Shown here: piece after piece, positions 1 to 6,320 of the stretch
How positions within the stretch are numbered: the stretch's first letter is position 1
Layout of the letters: every line of letters starts with the position of its first letter
IMG/VR virus record: IMGVR_UViG_3300011438_000006
Location: 1 to 45,319 of that record
From: a virus
Lineage: Duplodnaviria > Caudoviricetes
Direction: 5' to 3' (one strand)
Length of the DNA: 45,319 nucleotides
Notes under the pieces: model-generated
What the model was told of the DNA's origin: nothing
Database searches by the model: none
The model's input: the letters and a program-made list of their open reading frames with translations, nothing else
Position numbers and translations under genes: made by a program

Positions 1-123
1 ACAGAGTGAGAAAAATAATGACACACAGTATGATTAGTAGTATATCTTTCCACGGCACTATGCTTCCAATACAATATTCTTCACCGCATACATCAAGCTT
101 TCCTCAAGCTTACGGAGAGCAAT
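1..123. repeat. 123-bp direct repeat, copy 1 (circular assembly overlap)
   Basis: Identical to 45197-45319; an ORF reads across the junction. Confidence 0.95.
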
Positions 124-387
124 AGTTCTGTTCGGAGTACGATCAGAAATCATGCAAATAGTATTCAGAAGTGCCTTGTATTCCTCCCGTAGAAGTTCGA
201 TCCGCTCGATCTGATCTCCCTCAGGCTTAATATTAGTGAATGAACGTTCGAATTGAATGAAATCCTCGTCGTGCCTTTTCGGCTCTGGTTCAGGCTTTTC
301 ACTAGGAGGGGTAGGCTCTGTTCCCAATTCATCTAGACGACTCGCATCATATTCTTCGGTTTCAATTTCATCTCTGCTTCCCATCAT
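58..387 (-). CDS. Acb2/Tad1-hairpin-like protein (candidate nucleotide-signal sponge)
   Basis: C-terminal helical hairpin FTNIKPEGDQIERIELLREEYKAL...RTIALRKLEESLMYAVKNI resembles the FxYH.P..DQ..R...R...SLA.TKLEE..MWA pattern; acidic disordered N-terminus. Confidence 0.6.
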   Translation of the reverse strand: MMGSRDEIETEEYDASRLDELGTEPTPPSEKPEPEPKRHDEDFIQFERSFTNIKPEGDQIERIELLREEYKALLNTICMISDRTPNRTIALRKLEESLMYAVKNIVLEA

Positions 388-551
388 TACTCCAATCTTA
401 AGTGTTGTTGAATAAAAACTTCTGACAAGACTGTTTCTTTTTGTTGACGCCTTTGAATGGCATCTTCCATAGAATATGTGACTTCATTGTTCACTTGAAA
501 CATGGTTGGATAGTGCGACAGAAATTCATCCCACTTATCCGAGAGGACCAT
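387..551 (-). CDS. hypothetical protein (54 aa, start MVLSDK)
   Basis: SD GAAGGA before ATG at 551; stop overlaps next start. Confidence 0.55.
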   Translation of the reverse strand: MVLSDKWDEFLSHYPTMFQVNNEVTYSMEDAIQRRQQKETVLSEVFIQQHLRLE

Positions 552-1017
552 CTCGTCCTTCTGGGTGTGGTTCATGTAAACACTTCCCATCAAATTGAAG
601 ATATTCATGCAATTCATGATCCCAGAGTAGATGAATCACACTATCTACTCTATGTCTCCAAACATCTTCAAACCTTTCAGGAGCAATTGACAGGTACATT
701 TCCATACCATCAATTTTACCATAGCTCATAGAAACACTACGAGGATCGTATATATCTTTCCACATTGCTGTGATATATACGAATGGAGGTTGCTCTGATC
801 TAGCTGGAACCTCTACTCTCATCGTGAAGTTCTCCGGAAGCTTTGTTCGCCTTACTAGATCCCTCAACATCATCTCCACTATCCGATTGAAGCTGCTCGG
901 ATAAGAGTTTGGCCCGTCTAATAGCGGCTGCATTCGGAGAATGTATTTCAAATCCCTGGATGCCTCCGCCAATTCTTCCGGGCTTAGGATTGGAGTCCGT
1001 TCTAAGTTGTTTGACAC
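535..1017 (-). CDS. hypothetical phage protein
   Basis: 160-aa ORF, GAGG SD, C-terminal HELHE...EPH motif, tightly packed with neighbours. Confidence 0.7.
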   Translation of the reverse strand: MSNNLERTPILSPEELAEASRDLKYILRMQPLLDGPNSYPSSFNRIVEMMLRDLVRRTKLPENFTMRVEVPARSEQPPFVYITAMWKDIYDPRSVSMSYGKIDGMEMYLSIAPERFEDVWRHRVDSVIHLLWDHELHEYLQFDGKCLHEPHPEGRDGPLG

Positions 1018-1019
1018 GG

Positions 1020-1292
1020 CTACCTCTCATCAATTATCACCTGATAAGTTCCATCTTCATTCTTTTGAATCATGCTATTCACATCTCTCAGTATATCACC
1101 TGTGAATTTAAACCCTTTGAGATTAATTCCTCCATAATGGAAAAAGAAATTGTCTTCTTTCCATTTTTCCCTATCTAAATCAGCTTGGGCTCTTTGAGCA
1201 TCGTAGGCTGCATAAGCTCTAACTTGCTCCAAATGAAATTCACCAGGTGCTATAATTTCATCAGGAACAATTACTTCAGTGTTTGTAGTCAT
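1020..1292 (-). CDS. hypothetical protein (90 aa, start MTTNTE)
   Basis: ORF packing; upstream part of the ORF-track call overlaps 1276-1509. Confidence 0.6.
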   Translation of the reverse strand: MTTNTEVIVPDEIIAPGEFHLEQVRAYAAYDAQRAQADLDREKWKEDNFFFHYGGINLKGFKFTGDILRDVNSMIQKNEDGTYQVIIDER

Positions 1293-1509
1293 TTCTGTTG
1301 GGTCCGAATCGTCCGGACCCGAGTACGGTATTAATGAGGAATCCAAGTTTTCCCTCCTTTCTAGCAGTCTCAACAACATAAGCAGCCATTTCTGCTGGTG
1401 AACCTGCATGCCCCCATGAATCATGGGGAGCCATTGCAAGAAACGTATAGTTCACAGCAAGTTGCGCTATTAACACATCTTCAATTTTAATTTGACTTTT
1501 AATTTCCAT
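1276..1509 (-). CDS. hypothetical protein
   Basis: 77-aa ORF; ATG lies 2 nt after the 3' end of the tRNA-like element; no SD. Confidence 0.55.
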   Translation of the reverse strand: MEIKSQIKIEDVLIAQLAVNYTFLAMAPHDSWGHAGSPAEMAAYVVETARKEGKLGFLINTVLGSGRFGPNRNDYKH

Positions 1510-1511
1510 AG

Positions 1512-1575
1512 TAAGCTAGGTAGGTCTCGAACCTACATCTTGCACGCATTACTCCGCATTTTATGCTACTAGCTC
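1512..1575 (-). ncRNA. tRNA-like RNA lacking an anticodon arm (64 nt)
   Basis: Acceptor GAGCTAG/CTAGCTT plus discriminator A; U8A9; D stem GCAT/ATGC; T arm GTAGG-TTCGAGA-CCTAC; only 9 nt between D and T arms. Confidence 0.65.
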
Positions 1576-1650
1576 ACCACTCGTGGGTACGTTTCCCTTC
1601 AATAATTCACTTGATCGGTGAATTATTATAGCCTAAAGTTAAGGCTATCG

Positions 1651-1723
1651 TGCGTTCGGCGGGATTTGAACCCACAACAAAGAGATTAGAAGTCTCTTGC
1701 TCTATCCATTGAGCTACGAACGC
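1651..1723 (-). tRNA. tRNA-Arg(UCU)
   Basis: GCGTTCG-TA-GCTC-AATGGATA-GAGC-A-AGAGA-CTTCTAA-TCTCT-TTGTT-GTGGG-TTCAAAT-CCCGC-CGAACGC-A; CCA not encoded. Confidence 0.95.
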
Positions 1724-1736
1724 CCACTAATTGCGA

Positions 1737-1940
1737 CTATTCAACTGACAACTGAGCAAAAAAGCGGAAGCCGATTTGAGTTACACAACAGAAGTCTATT
1801 TCCTCGTAATGAGTTTCCTGGTCTTCTTTCACCACTGCTAACTCATCTTCTGGAATAGAGAGAAACTCCATCATCACTGGAATATCTCCACGCTCCATTT
1901 GAGCTTCGGCTAATTCTTTGATGAGTTGAGAAATTTTCAT
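1737..1940 (-). CDS. hypothetical protein (67 aa, start MKISQL)
   Basis: MKISQLIKEL....RGDIPV is a common phage small-protein N-terminus. Confidence 0.65.
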   Translation of the reverse strand: MKISQLIKELAEAQMERGDIPVMMEFLSIPEDELAVVKEDQETHYEEIDFCCVTQIGFRFFAQLSVE

Positions 1941-1990
1941 TTGCAGCAATCCATTTCGTTTCAAAGGCGGGATGTACAAAAACGACAAAT

Positions 1991-2623
1991 TAGAGTAGAC
2001 GATAGTTACAAGTGGTCAACCTCCATATCCTGTAACTATCGTCTACTCTAGAAAAACTCTGGCGCAGAGTACTTTCGGAAAGCAGATTGAAAGGTAGAAA
2101 TTTATCTACTTTCAGCCATCCCCGATTTTGACGTACTACTCATCTGCCTTACGACTTCGGGTTAGAGTGCCGGAGAGAAAAACTAGGTTGGATACTGGGA
2201 ATACTTTGAGCTATCATTTGGACCCCTACATACCTTAACAATATGCAGCAACCTAGAGAAAATACCTGGGCTTATTTTTGATACTAACCCAGGATTAGTG
2301 GATTGACTAGCACTTCTGCTAGGAGGTTATATATTGGCCTTGCCCCTACCAATTTGTTCTGACCCTCACTGCTCTAACAAACTGCTCGCTAGTTGCATGA
2401 ATGAACTAGAAAGTCTGATGAAATGCTTCGAGTCGGTAAGACCTATCTCAGAACTCCCAGTCATAAGTTGCCTAGTACCCTATTTACTAGGATTGGAAAC
2501 GGCAGCAGTATCTATGTGATCCCGCTCAACTTACGAACTTAGAAAAGGAGCCTTTTAAAGTCTTGCTCAGGACTTCATTACAAGTTCAATCAAAGAGTGG
2601 GGTTCATTCTCTGAGAACTTGTA
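1991..2623 (-). ncRNA. candidate large structured RNA or array of structured small RNAs
   Basis: No credible ORF; more than 10 stem-loops including a perfect 20-bp stem; domains separated by TTTT(T)C linkers on the - strand; strand inferred from flanking genes. Confidence 0.55.
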
Positions 2624-2626
2624 AAA

Positions 2627-3472
2627 TTAGCTAGTTGACGTTGTATCATCATCATCATCGTCATCAGTGTCATCTTCATCTTCCTCAGGCTTCTCAGGAA
2701 CGTTATCATCTACACCTGGAATAAAGCCGGAAAGAACTGTTGAACCATTCGGCATGGTAACTTCAAGCTTACCATCCTTCGGATTCTTGGTATCAACCTT
2801 AGCATTCTTCAGGAACTTAGTAAGGTTAGTTGAAGGAGAAATCTTGATTTCCTCTTCGTTACCAGTTTCACGAGACTTTTTAGTTCCAGTTGTCTCAACA
2901 AAACCGAGCAATTCAGCAAGATCCTTGTACTTCGGCTGAGGATCAAGAATCGTACCATCAATTGCCCAAATCATCTTGGACATTGCACGTTGTCCACGCT
3001 TACCAATTGCGCCACGACGAGCCTTTGGCATTGCCAATTCAACCCCGTCCATTGTCTCAGCAAGATAAACGATCTGCTTAATCTGCTGATACAACTCTGA
3101 ACGCTGCTTGGAAAGAACTTCAGCTTGCTCCTCAGTAATAAGAGGCTCAACCTTTGGTGCAGCCGCAACAAGTTCTGCGACCTTCTTATCAAGACGCTCC
3201 TTGAAGGCTGCATTCAAAGACTTGATAATTCCGTTGACAACTCCAACGAGTTGCTCGTCATCAAAAGAATCAAGCTGTGCAATCGTGGTATCAATTCCCT
3301 GCGATGTAACATCCTGATGCTTCTCAACAAGTTCGTTCACAACCTTTGTTCTGGTTGCACCCTCAGAATCCTGCAATGAATCCAACTTCTCATCAATGGA
3401 ATCAATTGCAGACTTCACCTTGTCATACATTGGCTGCACAGCAGTTGTTGGCACTTCAGTATCTACTGACAT
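2627..3472 (-). CDS. coiled-coil putative nucleic-acid-binding protein with acidic tail (281 aa, start MSVDTE)
   Basis: SD GAAGGA; helical N-region, basic KARRGAIGKRGQR linker, poly-Asp tail; own promoter motif upstream. Confidence 0.75.
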   Translation of the reverse strand: MSVDTEVPTTAVQPMYDKVKSAIDSIDEKLDSLQDSEGATRTKVVNELVEKHQDVTSQGIDTTIAQLDSFDDEQLVGVVNGIIKSLNAAFKERLDKKVAELVAAAPKVEPLITEEQAEVLSKQRSELYQQIKQIVYLAETMDGVELAMPKARRGAIGKRGQRAMSKMIWAIDGTILDPQPKYKDLAELLGFVETTGTKKSRETGNEEEIKISPSTNLTKFLKNAKVDTKNPKDGKLEVTMPNGSTVLSGFIPGVDDNVPEKPEEDEDDTDDDDDDDTTSTS

Positions 3473-3532
3473 TTCATTCCTTCTGTTCGTTGATTGTTTG
3501 TTTGGTTTAAGACCTAGTGGTCCCGACATCCT

Positions 3533-3564
3533 CCACTAGCATACATTTCAAGTATGATTGCAAG
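3533..3564 (-). promoter_or_regulatory. conserved 32-bp promoter motif, copy A
   Basis: CTTGCAATCATACTTGAAATGTATGCTAGTGG; 24/32 ungapped identity to 12263-12294. Confidence 0.6.
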
Positions 3565-3997
3565 AGTTTTCCGTTAGTTGCCAGGTATCCATTCGGCATA
3601 GACGCCAGCTATGCGCTAGGCATACCCGGAGCAAACTAGATAAATCATTTTCAATTCTCGATTCTCCTTTAGCAGTTTGAATATCTGCTAATTTATGACA
3701 AGAAGAACATCTCCAATTAAGGTCCTCTACATCATTGTTCTGTAATTCTTTAGATTCATGATCTGCTTGGAGACTTTGAGGCGATAAAACTCTTTTTTCA
3801 GTAGGCCATATCTCATCAAAGAACGAAGGAGCATCTTTAGGGGGTACTCTAGTTGTTTTACCACACGGATGATATCGTCCTTGCGCATCCGTATAACCCA
3901 CGCAACTGAATTCAATTCTTGCGTTAAATAATGCTCGTCTTGCTTTGCGTCTTCCAGTCGATCGCCAGTCAAGAATAGTTTCATCTCTTGCCATCAC
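3548..3997 (-). CDS. HNH endonuclease
   Basis: C...CG, LQADH, NN..DL...CSSCH zinc-HNH motifs. Confidence 0.75.
   Translation of the reverse strand: MMARDETILDWRSTGRRKARRALFNARIEFSCVGYTDAQGRYHPCGKTTRVPPKDAPSFFDEIWPTEKRVLSPQSLQADHESKELQNNDVEDLNWRCSSCHKLADIQTAKGESRIENDLSSLLRVCLAHSWRLCRMDTWQLTENSCNHT
3574..3636. promoter_or_regulatory. operator array A (ATAG-N7-CTAT-type boxes at 3574, 3598, 3622)
   Basis: TTAG-N7-GTAT, perfect ATAG-N7-CTAT, ATAC half-site; 24-bp period. Confidence 0.55.
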
Positions 3998-4179
3998 TTT
4001 CCTAACGGTCGAAGTTCATATGATTTCCAAATCAATTCATGCTTAACAATTTCCTCAGATAACACATGCATCGGAGTTGTACTATCTCGCATATTAATCG
4101 TGTAATCACCAGTCTTAGGATCTCGTTGTAGAGATTTAATATCACCAGGTTGTACAAACAAAAACTCATACAGTTGCAT
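3994..4179 (-). CDS. hypothetical protein
   Basis: 61-aa ORF coupled to neighbours. Confidence 0.6.
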   Translation of the reverse strand: MQLYEFLFVQPGDIKSLQRDPKTGDYTINMRDSTTPMHVLSEEIVKHELIWKSYELRPLGK

Positions 4180-4181
4180 CT

Positions 4182-4535
4182 TTAGTCCTTAAAGAAGCCG
4201 GTTTTACGGAGCGGATTTGGATACTTCTTCTCTTTCATTTCTTTCAGTTGTTGTTGAACTTTCTCTCTAGCTGAATGCGATTGCTCATTTGGATCACCAC
4301 CCGAATAATCGGCATGTTCCCACATACCAGGAGGTTCATCTTCAAATATTTCGTGTAATTCCTGTAGGGTCGCATCAATTGCATCTTCTTGAGTAATACC
4401 AGCATCAATCCAATCAGTACCGCCACATCTATCGCAACGTCCATTTACGTTATAGGTAACACGTTCATGTTGATACCAACATTGTGAACAAATCTCTCGC
4501 TTAAGTTGTATCTCTTTAGTTGTATCCTCAGGCAT
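4182..4535 (-). CDS. zinc-ribbon protein (start MPEDTT)
   Basis: CSQC...CDRCGG. Confidence 0.65.
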   Translation of the reverse strand: MPEDTTKEIQLKREICSQCWYQHERVTYNVNGRCDRCGGTDWIDAGITQEDAIDATLQELHEIFEDEPPGMWEHADYSGGDPNEQSHSAREKVQQQLKEMKEKKYPNPLRKTGFFKD

Positions 4536-4728
4536 CACTAACCGCCTTTGTTGCCACCTCGTTGCGATTGACAGAATATAGCGTGCCGTCCACGGAGAAT
4601 GTTGGATATTTTTCTTCATTACCTTTTCCTGGTTTATGAATTCCTACCATAGGAATACCTCCGTAGTAAAAGCCGTATTTTTGACCAGATACCAATTCGT
4701 CTTTATCTGAGATAGGTTCAATCTTCAT
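4528..4728 (-). CDS. hypothetical protein
   Basis: 66-aa ORF, ATGA overlap with upstream gene. Confidence 0.6.
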   Translation of the reverse strand: MKIEPISDKDELVSGQKYGFYYGGIPMVGIHKPGKGNEEKYPTFSVDGTLYSVNRNEVATKAVSDA

Positions 4729-4928
4729 TGTTGCTTCTCCAATAGAAATGAATTGAGGCTCACTAATAAATTAATGAGCCAAGTCGTCGCTAATTTCAGT
4801 GTCGTACTATCTGCTCGTTCTAGAAAGAAGGGAAAACCTTTCAATACTTTCTCCTTCTTAAGAAACTCCATAAAGAGTTCCTCTGTGATAGGAGTATCAC
4901 TCACTATTACCTTTTGAATTGCCATCAC
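4725..4928 (-). CDS. hypothetical protein
   Basis: 67-aa ORF coupled to neighbours. Confidence 0.6.
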   Translation of the reverse strand: MMAIQKVIVSDTPITEELFMEFLKKEKVLKGFPFFLERADSTTLKLATTWLINLLVSLNSFLLEKQQ

Positions 4929-5080
4929 TCAGACACCAAACCTCTCATTTTTCCAGCCTTCAAACAGCCCTTGCAAGTAACTTCATTCCAATCATCAGTA
5001 GTTGGAATCTCATTCCATTTATTTCGTTTACCGCACATAGTGCGTAATGCATACCTAACATGATTTAAATGTGTTTTCAT
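4925..5080 (-). CDS. small zinc-finger protein (51 aa, not in ORF track)
   Basis: MKTHLNH..TMCG...EVTCKGCLK; GGAG SD. Confidence 0.6.
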   Translation of the reverse strand: MKTHLNHVRYALRTMCGKRNKWNEIPTTDDWNEVTCKGCLKAGKMRGLVSE

Positions 5081-5099
5081 TTCATTCTCCAATCATCAG

Positions 5100-5480
5100 T
5101 TACATAGTAAAATCTAAGTGTATAGATACCACAGGAGAAACCTGCGGATAGTAAAGATAGTTCCAAACAAGATTAAACTCACGAGAATGCCGATCTTCGA
5201 CATTATATCCGACCAGGTGACAATATCTATCCCTGGTGCAACGCTCGAATACTGTATGATTATGCAGAACAATAGACTTCGCAAAATCAAATGCCGGTAC
5301 TTCTGTAGGAAAGAATACGTTAACAAACACAACATTGCGATCTTTACGCCAATTGGTATTCTCAACTGGACGATTCTGGTATATGAAGATATCATCTCCA
5401 ACATTAGATCTACCTTTCTTCGACCTTGTAAATCCCTTGAGTAATTCAGCGTTGGCGGCAATTAGGTCCGAAACGTCCAT
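5100..5480 (-). CDS. hypothetical protein (start MDVSDL)
   Basis: Longest same-strand ORF in the gap; AGGA upstream. Confidence 0.55.
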   Translation of the reverse strand: MDVSDLIAANAELLKGFTRSKKGRSNVGDDIFIYQNRPVENTNWRKDRNVVFVNVFFPTEVPAFDFAKSIVLHNHTVFERCTRDRYCHLVGYNVEDRHSREFNLVWNYLYYPQVSPVVSIHLDFTM

Positions 5481-5694
5481 GATCCATCCTACAGGGGTTA
5501 TCTTTAGGGTCATCAATGCACTGTATCTTTTCACACATCAAACAGCGTAGGATTCTAATAGGCGGATGATACACGTACTCCCAATATTCTCTATGAAATG
5601 TATCACAAATCCAATCCATAAAGGTAGACCAAAGCGGGATTCTCTTACGTCCAAACATAAATCCATCCTTAAAACTCATATCCATAGGTTTCAT
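5446..5694 (-). CDS. hypothetical protein (start MKPMDM)
   Basis: ATGA overlap with upstream small ORF; C..H...CxxC. Confidence 0.55.
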   Translation of the reverse strand: MKPMDMSFKDGFMFGRKRIPLWSTFMDWICDTFHREYWEYVYHPPIRILRCLMCEKIQCIDDPKDNPCRMDHGRFGPNCRQR

Positions 5695-5834
5695 CGTAAT
5701 GCCAAACAAGCCCACGTACTTAGTAGGCCAAGTAAAAATACAATCAATAAAATAAGAGCTAAAGCTTTATAACTCCACAATCCATCCTGAGTATGAGTTT
5801 CCGGCCATTCCGGCCAATAGAATTTGTATCTCAT
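5691..5834 (-). CDS. small single-TM membrane protein (47 aa)
   Basis: MRYKFYWPEWP...ALALILLIVFLLGLLSTWACLALR; ATGA overlaps at both ends. Confidence 0.55.
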   Translation of the reverse strand: MRYKFYWPEWPETHTQDGLWSYKALALILLIVFLLGLLSTWACLALR

Positions 5835-5974
5835 GATGTTGAATTCCAATACAACATCAACACAATAGCTATCAATAGAGAGGCTATGAATAGTATCATA
5901 AATAGATCATATTTACGTTGATTTCTTCTGTAGGCTTCATACCTCATTCTTTCTAATTCACATGCCCAGCACAT
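5831..5974 (-). CDS. small single-TM membrane protein (47 aa)
   Basis: MCWACE...LFMILFIASLLIAIVLMLYW; AAGGA SD. Confidence 0.55.
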   Translation of the reverse strand: MCWACELERMRYEAYRRNQRKYDLFMILFIASLLIAIVLMLYWNSTS

Positions 5975-6068
5975 CAATTGTCCTTATATCTAGTAAGTCG
6001 GGCGAATATAATAGTGAATATTAGCGCACATACTGCGAAAAATCCAATAGCGTGATCTACAGATATTG

Positions 6069-6317
6069 CTAACGTGCCCATAATTCTCCTTGATTAGCAA
6101 GATACATTTTCTTTGCAGCGTACCAAGCTAATCTAGCGGCCTCACAATCCTTTCCCTGAGTTTTAATATATGCATTACAATCGTCTCCATGAGCATGAAC
6201 AACAATATCTATTACACCATTATGCGATTCTTCCTCAGGATAATTTTCTTCCTCAGCATTCTCAATGCGCATTACAGGTTCCCCTAGTGCAGTTCCAGAA
6301 TAAATGAAAATCTCCAT
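6069..6317 (-). CDS. hypothetical protein
   Basis: 82-aa ORF with GAGGTG SD. Confidence 0.65.
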   Translation of the reverse strand: MEIFIYSGTALGEPVMRIENAEEENYPEEESHNGVIDIVVHAHGDDCNAYIKTQGKDCEAARLAWYAAKKMYLANQGELWAR

Positions 6318-6320
6318 TAT

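Noticed and set aside
1512-1575. tmRNA or two-piece tmRNA acceptor
   Set aside because: No G3-U70 pair, no encoded CCA, no tag reading frame identified
1576-1650. Theta (tRNA-associated HDV-like) ribozyme after tRNA-Arg
   Set aside because: Only simple hairpins; nested double pseudoknot cannot be built
2415-2500. Hammerhead ribozyme (CTGATGA at 2415 ... GAAAC at 2496)
   Set aside because: No stem II closing directly onto GAAA and no matching stem III/cleavage triplet found
2334-2519. 61-aa + strand ORF in the RNA locus
   Set aside because: TTG start, opposite to the surrounding arm, no recognisable protein features; region better explained by RNA structure
4986-5100. 13-bp direct repeat TCCAATCATCAGT
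   Set aside because: Only two copies, one inside a coding region; no supporting context
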